A DNA stretch of 64,000 nucleotides from Nitrosopumilus sp. (GCA_965197525.1 OZ240211.1:608001-672000); one strand, 5' to 3'; positions 8,698 through 18,965 are shown, counted from the stretch's first letter. The notes: generated by a model from the letters alone, not told the origin. A program made the numbers and translations.

Positions 8698-10028
8698 GGT
8701 TCTGTTGGGTTAACGGGTGTTGACTGCTGAGGATCATGTCAGATTCCACAACCATCAACAACACATTGACTACTCGACTTTGACATATCGACTATTCGGA
8801 TTACCGGTCTGCAGGGTTCCGCCATCGCCGGTTCAAAAACACCGGACTGCGCTTCATGTATGCCATCTCTACTATCTCTAAACCTAGGAGACAGTTTGCG
8901 TGATATGTTCATGGCAGCGATAATATCCCTGTCCATAAACAAACCGCAATTATTACACGATGATTTACGATGTTGTTGCATGTCCTCTTGGAGTCTCTTT
9001 CCGCATTGCGGACACTGCGTGCTCGTGTTTTTTGGGTCTACTGTTTTTACAGGTAGCCCGACCCATTGGGCTTTGTATTCTATTTGTCTTTGTAGTTCAA
9101 AGAATTGCCATCCGTTCAATCTACGTCTGTATTTGTTGCCTTGACCGTTTCCTTTTCCGTACAGTTTTCTAATTCCCTTTAGATTTTCTAGAACAATGAC
9201 AGCCTTTTTCTTGACTGCATTGTCTACTATGTTTTTTGAGATTCTATGTATGTACTGTTTTGTCCTGTTTGACATTCTTCTCTGTTTTTCTTTGTAGAAT
9301 TGACCTTTCTTTCTTTTGTTGTTTCTACGGAAACTGGATCTGGCATGTATTGTGTTCTCTTTGATTGAGAGTAACTTGTTGGTTTTGTAGAATGTTACCT
9401 CTTCTTCATTTCCGCATGTGACGTTTCTAAGGTTTCTGTCTACTCCCACTGTCTTGGTGCACTCTATCTCCTGTACTTTTTTTGAAATACAAAGACTGAT
9501 GTTGAGAGCAGTCAATGAAAACGAGCGCACTGTCACGGTGGGATCAGACAGTATTTTTTGAGTATGTTCGTTGAGCAGGATGTTAATTGGATTTCTTGGC
9601 TTGTATGGAATTGTGAGTAAGGCGCCGTTGTGTTTTATACGGTAACAATTAGTGATAAACGGATTTTTGATAATTGGATCTTTTACTTTGAGGCCACGTT
9701 TGACTGACTGATCTCTGTTTGCCAGGATGCCCGCAGCTCGTGATATTGCATTGAGTTTGTATGAAGATAGGATGTCATAGTGACGTAATTCGTGATAGCA
9801 TAGCATAGACAACCGTTTCATGTTGTGGGTATCTTCCTTTAGCCCATCTTGATACAACGGTTAACCATGTCTGTGAACGTGATCATCATATCCATTAGGT
9901 CAGAGTTTGGTGTATGTTTTTGTGCTATTGACTTTATTGCTCTCAACAAGTATTGTACGGTTTAAGGTTATCTATATTTAGTGTTATGGGTATAATTTCT
10001 GATCAACACCCGTTAACCCAACAGAACC
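8698..10028 (-). mobile_element. TIR-bounded tnpB element, copy 1 (1331 bp)
   Basis: Perfect 26-bp TIR GGTTCTGTTGGGTTAACGGGTGTTGA at 8698-8723, with its reverse complement at 10003-10028. Nearly identical to 27341-28672. No 8-bp TSD. Confidence 0.92.
8739..9949 (-). pseudogene. tnpB: tnpB, frameshifted near codon 35
   Basis: Relative to copy 2 (agccctatct) one T is missing at 9845/9846 (agcccatct), giving an early stop. The downstream 372-aa frame retains the RuvC and Zn-finger motifs. Confidence 0.85.
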
Positions 10029-10340
10029 GGCGACTGCAATGATTGCAGTCTCTTGTCTGTCAAATGAGACCAAAAATAGGCTAAAAAAATGATTGTTCAG
10101 ATTGCATATAACTCATGTTTACTCATTTGCCATCATGGCAGGAATACTTGCAGATTCTCTAACAAGATTATAGTATCGTGAGATAACCGACTATAGTAAG
10201 TTACTAATCATTTTCTACTATGTGTTTTATAGATAAAAATCAACAAAATATGTGAACGATTATAAAAAAAAATGAGTAACGCCGTAATCTAGAACAAAAA
10301 AAACAAACTGTATAAGAAGCATTAAAACACTTTAGCAATG

Positions 10341-10652
10341 TTAAAACTTTTCAGGTCTTACTATACCAACGTCGCTAACATGCAACATTATTGCATAATT
10401 AGCAAATAACGTTCTTGAGATCTCCTCTACAATATCAGATAGTTTATCTTCACGTAATACAACCTCCACTTTGACATTTTTTTCATTTTTAAATCCTTGA
10501 CCGCGTAATCCACGCGCACCGTTTCCATCTACTTCATAAGTGGTATAACCAGTTATGTCATGTTTCTTTAAAATTTGAAGAACGTTTTTTTGAGTAAGAA
10601 TCTCACACGTGACAGTTAGTAGTTTTACAGGATATAGTTTCATATGAACCAC
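10341..10652 (-). CDS. sbtB: P-II-like regulator (SbtB-like)
   Basis: P-II fold pattern GYTTYEVDGNGARG...NVKVEVV, translationally coupled to an SbtA-like permease. Confidence 0.75.
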   Translation of the reverse strand: MVHMKLYPVKLLTVTCEILTQKNVLQILKKHDITGYTTYEVDGNGARGLRGQGFKNEKNVKVEVVLREDKLSDIVEEISRTLFANYAIMLHVSDVGIVRPEKF

Positions 10653-11800
10653 TCTGCAATGTAATTCAATAAATCTATCGATCCTTCTGCATCATGAAGA
10701 AGTGATGACACGCTGAACATTACAGGCAATAGAACTATTATGTTGTATGGAAAAGTAATTCCCAAAGCAGACGTGATGTAAAGACTGGGCTTTGCCTGTG
10801 GAATGGCATGACGAAGAACAGCAGGTGCTGCAATAAATGAGGCACTAGCAAGTAGTAGTCCGAACATAACTGCACCACCCAAACTCAGGCCCATGGCAGT
10901 TGCAACTATAACACCAATTATTCCATTAAAAGTAGGCATTAGAACTGCAAATGCAACAAGAAAGACTCCAACTTTTTTTATATCATCAAGTCTCTGTCCT
11001 GCAATTATCCCCATCTCGATCATAAAGATGACTATGGCACCAGTAAACATCTCATCGAATACGATCTTGATGGAATCAAAACCTTCATTGCCAATAATAT
11101 AACCAATAACAATACTTCCCAACAGTATCACTATTGCTTTACCGGTGACGGATTCGCGTAACACTTGAGATAGATTTGTTTTAGTCTCGGCTAGACCCAA
11201 CTGGATGTCTACTGTGACATCATCATCAACATCAACATCAACATCATCACCAACAACATCACCAACAACATCACCAACAACATCAACGTCAGGATTATCA
11301 ACAAATGATTGCCTCTTGGCATTGATCTGTTTTGATACTGCCATATTTGTCAAAAATATTGCCAAGATAAAAGCAACAGGTTCTAAAACAGCTAGGATTG
11401 CAGCCAAGTATCCCTCTGATGAGACGCCTTGATTCTTAAGAAATGACAAGCCAACTGAGAATGTTACGGCCCCTACTGCGCCATACGTGGATGCTAGAGC
11501 ATATGAATCAAATATGTTGAATTTTCCCAGCCTTCGCAAGATTTGATAATGATTCAACGTAAATAGTAAAGACAGACCGATGGCTACCAACATTGGAATC
11601 AACATATTCTCAAATCCGGTATTTCGCATCTCTATGCCACCATGCAGTCCAATTGCTGCAAGAAGGTAGATTGGTAAAAATTCAGAGACAGCCTCTGGAA
11701 TTTTTAGATCAGATTTTATTCTAGCAGCGATGATTCCAAACAAGAAGAACAGTATAATCGGAGTTAGAAGATTTGATTGTATGAGTTGTAATATGTCCAT
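10640..11800 (-). CDS. sbtA: Sodium-dependent bicarbonate transporter family permease (SbtA-like)
   Basis: KSDLKIP, YLLAAIGLHGG, YGAVGAVTF, SASFIAAPA and SALGITFPYNI motifs. Confidence 0.85.
   Translation of the reverse strand: MDILQLIQSNLLTPIILFFLFGIIAARIKSDLKIPEAVSEFLPIYLLAAIGLHGGIEMRNTGFENMLIPMLVAIGLSLLFTLNHYQILRRLGKFNIFDSYALASTYGAVGAVTFSVGLSFLKNQGVSSEGYLAAILAVLEPVAFILAIFLTNMAVSKQINAKRQSFVDNPDVDVVGDVVGDVVGDDVDVDVDDDVTVDIQLGLAETKTNLSQVLRESVTGKAIVILLGSIVIGYIIGNEGFDSIKIVFDEMFTGAIVIFMIEMGIIAGQRLDDIKKVGVFLVAFAVLMPTFNGIIGVIVATAMGLSLGGAVMFGLLLASASFIAAPAVLRHAIPQAKPSLYITSALGITFPYNIIVLLPVMFSVSSLLHDAEGSIDLLNYIAEWFI
11221..11286. repeat. In-frame short tandem repeats in sbtA
   Basis: CATCAA x3 (11224-11241) and CATCACCAACAA x3 (11245-11280), encoding DVVG/DV repeats. 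Confidence 0.9.
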
Positions 11801-11923
11801 CTGAACAATTCAAAGAAAAATCAGTAGAATAAAAACCAAGGTATTAGAGATCAAAAGGACTGGATAAATATATTTGAAGTTTAGGAGCAGTAGCATCGAC
11901 TGACAATTGTATAACAGATAACG

Positions 11924-13528
11924 CTATGCTTCGCAATTTAGTAGTTGGGCATCAGTAGAATCATCAATATTGCATCCGTCAGAATCCGCACCGCCGTCAA
12001 GAACGTCAGAACCAGAGTTCGAATAGAGTATATCAGAGCCGTCATTGCCCTTGATTATATCATCGCCGGAATTTCCTCGAATAGTATCATTGCCTGAGTT
12101 ACCAGAGATGATATCGTTGCCATCGCCGCCGTAAATGCAGTCATCACCATCGCCGCCGGATATCAAGTCATCACCTTCTAGACCGAATATTAGATCAGCG
12201 CCATCTGTGCCTAAAAGAATATCATCGCCTTCAGTGCCCGTTACAAGGTTGTAATCAGAGTAAGAAGAGCCGCATGTCAGCACAGTCACTGTTTGATATG
12301 CATTAGCAGAGTTTCCGGCATTGTCAAATGCTATCCAAAGAATACTGGTAAGCCCAACATCAAAATATTCAGGTGCGTTGTTGATAATTGTACGTATACC
12401 ACTATCATCAACTGCTAGCGGTTCACCTAGCGGGACAACATTCTTCATGTCAGTAGCCTCCACGGTCAATGAAAGGGGAGCCATTATCAGCGGATCTCGC
12501 GTATCGTTGGCGTATAAAAGTTGATCCTCTAAGATTTCAGGACTGGTAACATTAAGGATTTCAGTAGCTATGGGTGCCCGATAAAACGGTGTTTCATACA
12601 GTTTAATACTATGTTCACCAGAATCTATAACTATTAACTCACCATTAATCCCTATTGCAATATCAGTCAAAATTCCAAAGGAATTAGGATAAGGCCCTAG
12701 TTGATTAATAACATTCAACTTCAAAGTGGAATCAGATAGATGTAGTATTTTGTCATTTGCAGAATTTATAACAAACATCTTTCCTGATGAATCAACGGCT
12801 ACTGCTTTAGGTGTAAATGTATAACCTGCAGCATGAAATGATAATGAACTCACAAATGTGCCATTCAGATTGAATTTTTCAATGCTATTGCTTCCTCGGT
12901 CAGCGATATAGACATAGTTATTATCATCATCAATATCAATTCCAAGTGGAGTTATAAATTGGCCATCATTTAATCCGCTAGAGCCAAAGGACGAAATAAA
13001 TTCTCCATCAGTAGTGAATTTTTGAATTCTTTGATTTCCGGTATCAACTACATATACTGTACCGTTATGTACAGCAATTCCATTTGGAAGCAGGAACTGT
13101 CCATTGCCAGTTCCGCGCGTTCCCCATTGAAGAATAAATTCTCCATCAGTAGTGAATGTTTGAACTCTGTTCAAATTACGATCGGCTACAAATACGGTAT
13201 CATTGAATGATGCAATACCAGAAGGATGATGAAATTGTCCGTCATGGGTGCCACTAGTCCCCCATTGATCAAGATACAGACCGCCACTTGAGAATTTTTG
13301 GACGCGTTTGTTGCCAAAGTCGCTTACGTATATACTGCCATCATCATCGCCTACGGCAACAAATTGAGGATAGGAGAAATGCCCAGGGGTGGAAATCCCA
13401 AATGAGCCAATGGTATCAAGATAATCATAGTTAAAAAGGGCAAAAGATGTCTGTGCTGCAGATACTGATAACAGTACAGAACATACTGCAATAACCGTTA
13501 CTGCTGCCAATATAGATTGTGTCAACAA
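11924..13528 (-). CDS. Secreted NHL-repeat beta-propeller protein with HYR-like domain and RTX-type Ca-binding repeats
   Basis: Signal peptide, repeated GQFxxPxGIAV...VYVxDxxNxRIQKF units, DNAGNSA..QTVTV, and C-terminal GGDGDD/GNSGND nonapeptides. Confidence 0.85.
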   Translation of the reverse strand: MLTQSILAAVTVIAVCSVLLSVSAAQTSFALFNYDYLDTIGSFGISTPGHFSYPQFVAVGDDDGSIYVSDFGNKRVQKFSSGGLYLDQWGTSGTHDGQFHHPSGIASFNDTVFVADRNLNRVQTFTTDGEFILQWGTRGTGNGQFLLPNGIAVHNGTVYVVDTGNQRIQKFTTDGEFISSFGSSGLNDGQFITPLGIDIDDDNNYVYIADRGSNSIEKFNLNGTFVSSLSFHAAGYTFTPKAVAVDSSGKMFVINSANDKILHLSDSTLKLNVINQLGPYPNSFGILTDIAIGINGELIVIDSGEHSIKLYETPFYRAPIATEILNVTSPEILEDQLLYANDTRDPLIMAPLSLTVEATDMKNVVPLGEPLAVDDSGIRTIINNAPEYFDVGLTSILWIAFDNAGNSANAYQTVTVLTCGSSYSDYNLVTGTEGDDILLGTDGADLIFGLEGDDLISGGDGDDCIYGGDGNDIISGNSGNDTIRGNSGDDIIKGNDGSDILYSNSGSDVLDGGADSDGCNIDDSTDAQLLNCEA

Positions 13529-13595
13529 AGAATATTAACAAAATTAGAGGAACTTGAGAAGGGTTAACTAATGTTATAGTTGTTGTCAATTTTAG

Positions 13596-14381
13596 TTAAA
13601 ATGGTTTGTTTACTTCACGAGTAAAGACATAACTTGCAAGTGTAACCATCACAAGGACGAATGTAACAAGGACGCCAAGGCTTAACAGTACCGGGACATC
13701 TCCTTGAGGAATTCCAGTCATCATCTCTCTTACTAGTAAGACAGTATAGGTTACAGGATTTAACTTGGCAGCAGACGCAAGCCAATCAGGTAATAGTTCC
13801 AACGGGAACAATGCAGGACTTAGCATGAATAATGGCATTCCAAGAAAATTGATCAATCCCCAGAAAGTCTCTTGAGACTTTGCAGTAGCTGCAACTACGA
13901 CGGAGATTCCAGAAAACCCCAATGAAAACAATATTACAATTGCCATGATTGGAACGATCATCAATGGATTTGGGATTGTAACGCCTATTGCAAGTGCGAT
14001 CCCTAGAATCAAGCTGGCCTGTAATGCTGCAATCAACGAGATTGCAGACATCTTTCCTAGTGCAATAGATGAACGGGATATAGGAGAGGTTAAAGCCTTG
14101 TTCATAAACCCGTATCGTCTATCCCAAAGTGTATTGACACCGCCAAACACACTAGTAAAGATTGCAGTAAGGATTAGAACACCTGGCGCCATAAACTCAA
14201 TGTATTGGCCATCAAATCCAACTGATTGAATTAGCGGCTGAGTACCAGAAAAAGTATTACCGATTACAATAATCCATATTGCCGGTTGGACTACTCTAAT
14301 CATGACACCGCTACGAGATTTTTTATATCTTTTTAGTTCTCTCCAAAAAATCGTAAATGTATCATACATCAGTGTATTCAT
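13596..14381 (-). CDS. ABC-2 type exporter permease
   Basis: Six TM segments, with FMAPG, DRRYGF and LNPVTY motifs. Confidence 0.9.
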   Translation of the reverse strand: MNTLMYDTFTIFWRELKRYKKSRSGVMIRVVQPAIWIIVIGNTFSGTQPLIQSVGFDGQYIEFMAPGVLILTAIFTSVFGGVNTLWDRRYGFMNKALTSPISRSSIALGKMSAISLIAALQASLILGIALAIGVTIPNPLMIVPIMAIVILFSLGFSGISVVVAATAKSQETFWGLINFLGMPLFMLSPALFPLELLPDWLASAAKLNPVTYTVLLVREMMTGIPQGDVPVLLSLGVLVTFVLVMVTLASYVFTREVNKPF

Positions 14382-15379
14382 GCTCGTAACCTCTTGAACA
14401 TGGCATGTTCGTGCTGCCGGTTAAATCCAGAATTATCATCTCTGATTTTATGACCAGTGTAAGAGATAAAGACATCATCAAGTGTGGGTCTAGTAAGAGA
14501 GATAGATGTAATAGTTGTATCAAACTTGGATGCAATATCGAAGATTTTGGGGATTACCTTTGTTCCATTAGATGCAAACAATGTAAGTGTGGTACCATCA
14601 TCATTGTTTATCCTGTTTACAAATTTAATCTTTTTAATTTCATTCAAAAAGAGATCATAGTTGCCTGTCTGCTCAATATCAAGCGAGATAACCTCATTTC
14701 CCATTGCATTCTTTAGATTCTCAGGAGAGTCAACAACCTGAATTTTGCCATGATCAATGATTCCAACTCTGTCACATAGTTTGTCTGCCTCTTCCATATA
14801 GTGGGTAGTTACAAGGATTGTCATCTGAAACTCGTCATGGATTTTTCTGATGTAATCCCAAATTTTTCTACGGGTCTGAATATCAAGACCTACTGTAGGT
14901 TCGTCAAGAAACAATACCTTGGGTCTGTGCAGTAGGCCGCCTACAATATCAAGTCGCTTGCGCATACCGCCGGAGTATGTTACAACTGCCTGATCTTGTT
15001 TGTCAACGAGTCCAATTAACTCCAAAACATCATCGATTCTTTGGTCAATCTCATTTTTTGGAATATGATGAAGTTTAGCCTGAAGTATCAGATTCTCCCT
15101 TCCTGTAAGGTATTCGTCAACTGTGGATTCTTGTTGGACGTACCCAATACTGGCTCTGACTTTTTTGGAATGCTTCATCACATCAAATCCAGAGATCAGC
15201 GCATGGCCGGATGTTGGTTTGAGTAAAGTAGTCAAGATCATGATAGTGGTGCTCTTGCCAGCACCATTAGGGCCCAAGAAACCAAAAACCTCACCAGTGT
15301 TCACTGAAAACGAGATATCATCTACTGCAGTCACATTATCAAAGGATTTGCTAAGGGATTTAGTCTCTATTGAATACAT
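14378..15379 (-). CDS. ABC exporter ATP-binding protein (DrrA-like)
   Basis: GPNGAGKST, YSGGMRKRL and LFLDEPT. Confidence 0.93.
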   Translation of the reverse strand: MYSIETKSLSKSFDNVTAVDDISFSVNTGEVFGFLGPNGAGKSTTIMILTTLLKPTSGHALISGFDVMKHSKKVRASIGYVQQESTVDEYLTGRENLILQAKLHHIPKNEIDQRIDDVLELIGLVDKQDQAVVTYSGGMRKRLDIVGGLLHRPKVLFLDEPTVGLDIQTRRKIWDYIRKIHDEFQMTILVTTHYMEEADKLCDRVGIIDHGKIQVVDSPENLKNAMGNEVISLDIEQTGNYDLFLNEIKKIKFVNRINNDDGTTLTLFASNGTKVIPKIFDIASKFDTTITSISLTRPTLDDVFISYTGHKIRDDNSGFNRQHEHAMFKRLRA

Positions 15380-15651
15380 GAATTAATCATATTTGTCAAT
15401 TATAAATTGCTAAGGATTGGTCTGAATATATACGAGTGTTAAAAAGAGGATCCTGTAATAATAACAATAGATGTGATACTAAACATGATCTTTGTGTTCG
15501 TTTTCACAAATATTTGAAAAGAAAAACGGTATTTAAATATATGAACACAAAAATGAAGTAACATATTATGCTACAATTGATGAATAGAATTAGATAACGA
15601 ACGAATAGAATCATAAAAAATTTAAGACAGGGTAAAAAGATCTTAACTAAT

Positions 15652-15756
15652 ATGAAAGGATTATGCCAGAGATGTTACTCATCAAATGTAGAGGTAGTAG
15701 TTACAGAAGGAGAGCCAATCTGTGCTACATGTTCCAAAAAAATAGAAAATAACTAG
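15652..15756 (+). CDS. 34-aa CxxC...CxxC zinc-finger microprotein (not in the ORF track)
   Basis: MKGLCQRCYSSNVEVVVTEGEPICATCSKKIENN. Confidence 0.65.
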   Translation: MKGLCQRCYSSNVEVVVTEGEPICATCSKKIENN

Positions 15757-15759
15757 ATC

Positions 15760-16212
15760 TCATTCCATTTTTTTGAGATCGTCTTTGGTTATTCGCAGGA
15801 TAACCTTTTCGCCTACCCCCCAAATTTCTGATTTGGACAGTATTTTAGAGTGCAAAAGACCATCACTAATCTCTATTGACTCCAACTCTCCCGTATCAGG
15901 ATGTTTATGTAATCTCTTTACTTTGCCTATCTTTCTACGATCAATATCGATTACAGGTATTCCAGTTCTTACCGGCGGTCTGCTAAGAAGTAGGGTTTTT
16001 TGAGAGAATTTGTCAATATATTCGGTAGATATGAAAAAATCCCTGTGAAATCCTTGATGTATAGTCACACCAGTAACTACCAAAGTCTCAAAGTTGATAT
16101 GAATGTGTTTTACCTTGCCGTATACAATCCCTTCCCGATCTATGACTTTTTTACCAGTAAAAGTGTCTGCTGTGACCATGCTGGCGTCAACTTCTTTGAG
16201 TTTTACGGACAT
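15760..16212 (-). CDS. Tandem PRC-barrel domain protein
   Basis: Two GKKVID.EG...GKV / G.PVID....IGKV repeats. ATG at 16212 is preferred as the start. Confidence 0.8.
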   Translation of the reverse strand: MSVKLKEVDASMVTADTFTGKKVIDREGIVYGKVKHIHINFETLVVTGVTIHQGFHRDFFISTEYIDKFSQKTLLLSRPPVRTGIPVIDIDRRKIGKVKRLHKHPDTGELESIEISDGLLHSKILSKSEIWGVGEKVILRITKDDLKKME

Positions 16213-16299
16213 GCAATATAGTATACAGATTTGTTTATCATACCAAATATCAGAAAATTCAATCAATGAGGTTAAATTACTTGACAGAAAAAACTACGC

Positions 16300-16629
16300 A
16301 TGGTAATAAAAGAAACGTTGTTCAGATCAATCCTGACTACCAAAGGAAGAAAGACTGGTAAAGCACACTCAGTAATGCTCAGAGCAGTAAATTATGACGG
16401 AAAAATCTATTTTTCAAGGCATAGGCCTGATGGGGATTGGTTCAAAAATGCTCTAGCGACACCAGAGGTAAAGATAGAGTACAACAACAACAAGATTCTG
16501 ACAGGAAAAGCACAGCTAGTAACTGATGAAAAATTAAGTGAAAAGATCTCAATGCTAAAGTATCCAGGAGAACAAAGAGCAAAAGAGAAACGCGTTACAA
16601 TTCAAATTGTGTTAGATGAAAAAGAGTAG
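16300..16629 (+). CDS. Split-barrel deazaflavin (F420)-dependent oxidoreductase family protein
   Basis: T.GRKTGK.H and DWFKNALATPEV resemble the Ddn/DUF385 family. Confidence 0.7.
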   Translation: MVIKETLFRSILTTKGRKTGKAHSVMLRAVNYDGKIYFSRHRPDGDWFKNALATPEVKIEYNNNKILTGKAQLVTDEKLSEKISMLKYPGEQRAKEKRVTIQIVLDEKE

Positions 16630-16716
16630 AGAAGCCTTTTATTTAAGATTAGAGTAATTGTACTGCCAAGAGATGCTTTAACATATAAAACATCTGTAAA
16701 AAGTAAAAAAAAAGAG

Positions 16717-18939
16717 ATGAATCAAAAAACCATATCAACTACAATACTTGTTGCTGCTATTTCAGTACTAGTAACAATAGGTGTAATGATCTTAATTATT
16801 CCAACACCACCATCTACACAAATTATTACAGAACCGTCAACCCAAGAGATTCACGAGACAAATAACCCAATATATACACAAACAACGAAAACTGATGATA
16901 TTAAAAAAATAACATCGGAAGAAGAGTTAAGAGACATACTTGAGAAGAGAATACTTTCAGAACACAGAGATATAGGATTTATGAATAGAGATGTGTGGAT
17001 GTCAGGTGAAGGTATGATAGTACAGTCATCATCAGAAGCATCGGGTAAAATACAATTTGACAGTAATGAAGATAGTGCTGGGTCGAGTTACTCAACAACC
17101 AACATCCAAGTTCAAAATGTAGATGAGCCAGATTATATTAAAAATGATTCAAAATATGTATACATTGTATCACAAAACACATTATCAATAGTTGACGCAT
17201 ACCCAGCAGAGTCAGCAGAGTTAATTCTCAAAGTTGCACTAGATGTCAAATCACAGTACATTGAAAATATGTTTTTAAATAACGACAGATTAGTCATATT
17301 TTACAATGCAGATAAAAATGAACAGATTATTCCACAGTATGACTATATTCCCAGAAATACATACAAGCCAGTAACACATGCATTAATAATTGATATATCA
17401 GATAGAGAGAGACCAGCAATCATCAAAGATTATGCTATTGATGGTTACTTTAGAGACGCCCGAATGATTGACAATTATGTATATTTTGTCACAAATAGTA
17501 ATATCGACTATCAAGATCCTAGATTTCCGATAATTTTAGAAGGGTCTGCGCATGTAATGACGCCTGACGTATTTTACTTTGATAGTGAGGCAGAAGATCT
17601 GTCAAATTTTAATACGTTGACTGCAATCGATATATTCGGAGATTCAATAAACTCAGAATCATTTCTTGTAGGATATTCAGGGACATTTTATGTGTCTGCA
17701 AATAACTTTTACTTGACGTACCAAAAAGATGTATCGTTTAGATTTTATGAAGATATAGCACAAGAGAGATTCTTTAATGTAATAGTACCGCTACTGCCAG
17801 AAGATCTTCAAACAACAATAAAAGAGATTCAAGACGATGAGGATTTATCAACTAATCAGGCTTTACAGTGGGCAGAGATAGCAAAGGTAATGCAGAAAAT
17901 ATACAACGAGTTAGGAGATGGCCAAAGAGAGGCATTATTAATTAGGATACAACGTGCAGTAGAGCAATATGATATTAAAGTGCAAGAAGAGACACAGAGA
18001 GTAATAATTCAAAAGATTGCAATAGATAAAGACAGCATACAGCATGTTGCTACAGGTTCAGTCCCAGGAAGATTGCTAAACCAATTCTCCATGGATGAAA
18101 GCCAGGATAGATTCAGAGTTGCAACAACTATGGAATACTATACAGAGAGCAGAGGAGTAGAACGTGCAAATGGAGTGTATATACTAGATGAAGAGCTAAA
18201 CGTCGCAGGTAAATTAGAAAAGATTGCACCAGATGAGAGTATCTTTTCTGCCAGATTCATAGATGACAGATTATACTTGGTAACATTCCAACAGATAGAC
18301 CCATTCTTTGTAATTGACCTAGCAGGAGATACCCCTAAAATTCTCGGAGAGTTGAAGATGCCAGGATTTTCAAATTATTTGCATCCATATGATAAAGAGC
18401 ATGTAATAGGACTAGGAAGAGAGACGGCGTTAGATGACAATGATAGAGTTAGGGAATTAGGAATTAAAATTGCGCTGTTTAATGTGGCAGATGTAAATAA
18501 TCCAAAACTAGTAGATACTGTGATAATCGGGGACAGGAATCGTGTAGAATCAAGTGCAACATACGACCACAAGGCATTCTTCTTTGACAAATCCAGAGAG
18601 ATTTTATCAATCCCAATAGAGGGAGACGCAAAATATTTAGACAATAGATCTAGTAGTAAGAAACTTGCCCATGATTACATCCATTGGGAGGGGTTTTATG
18701 TATTTGATCTAGATAAAACAGACGGATTTAGTCTCAAAGGGATAATAACGCATATTGAGAATGATGATGATGATCGTTATTATTATTACGGAGTAGGCGG
18801 AAGAACGTTCTACATCGACGATGTGTTGTATACTGTAACATCTGGACACCTAAAGATGAGTGCGTTGGATAACGATTTGCAAGAGATCAATTCGATAAAA
18901 CTAAAAGATACTGGAAAATTATTAGAATATATCAAATAA
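16717..18939 (+). CDS. Membrane-anchored beta-propeller domain protein
   Basis: N-terminal TM segment, YSTTNIQVQNVDEPD, GRLLNQFSMDE, FRVATT and LKMPGFSNYLHP. Confidence 0.8.
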   Translation: MNQKTISTTILVAAISVLVTIGVMILIIPTPPSTQIITEPSTQEIHETNNPIYTQTTKTDDIKKITSEEELRDILEKRILSEHRDIGFMNRDVWMSGEGMIVQSSSEASGKIQFDSNEDSAGSSYSTTNIQVQNVDEPDYIKNDSKYVYIVSQNTLSIVDAYPAESAELILKVALDVKSQYIENMFLNNDRLVIFYNADKNEQIIPQYDYIPRNTYKPVTHALIIDISDRERPAIIKDYAIDGYFRDARMIDNYVYFVTNSNIDYQDPRFPIILEGSAHVMTPDVFYFDSEAEDLSNFNTLTAIDIFGDSINSESFLVGYSGTFYVSANNFYLTYQKDVSFRFYEDIAQERFFNVIVPLLPEDLQTTIKEIQDDEDLSTNQALQWAEIAKVMQKIYNELGDGQREALLIRIQRAVEQYDIKVQEETQRVIIQKIAIDKDSIQHVATGSVPGRLLNQFSMDESQDRFRVATTMEYYTESRGVERANGVYILDEELNVAGKLEKIAPDESIFSARFIDDRLYLVTFQQIDPFFVIDLAGDTPKILGELKMPGFSNYLHPYDKEHVIGLGRETALDDNDRVRELGIKIALFNVADVNNPKLVDTVIIGDRNRVESSATYDHKAFFFDKSREILSIPIEGDAKYLDNRSSSKKLAHDYIHWEGFYVFDLDKTDGFSLKGIITHIENDDDDRYYYYGVGGRTFYIDDVLYTVTSGHLKMSALDNDLQEINSIKLKDTGKLLEYIK

Positions 18940-18965
18940 CGATGAGGGTATTATATTAAAAAATA

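Larger units (their letters stand above)
6180..10028. mobile_element. Putative composite IS1595-family element with passenger genes (hypothetical, AbrB-like, tRNA, transposase, HicA/HicB-like) plus an abutting or nested tnpB element
   Basis: Left end GGTTCTGTTAACTTTCGAGGGGTAA at 6180 resembles the TIR at 34464 (GGTTCTGTGAAGTTATCGAGGGTTA). The nearest oppositely oriented family end is at 10028. No TSD is visible, so the boundaries are inferred. Confidence 0.5.

Noticed and set aside
8860-9172. Identical small + strand ORFs repeated at 27503-27815
   Set aside because: Antisense shadows of tnpB, repeated only because the element is duplicated.
8696-10030. GG on both sides of tnpB copy 1 as a 2-bp TSD
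   Set aside because: Too short to be meaningful and inconsistent with the 8-bp TSD of copy 2.
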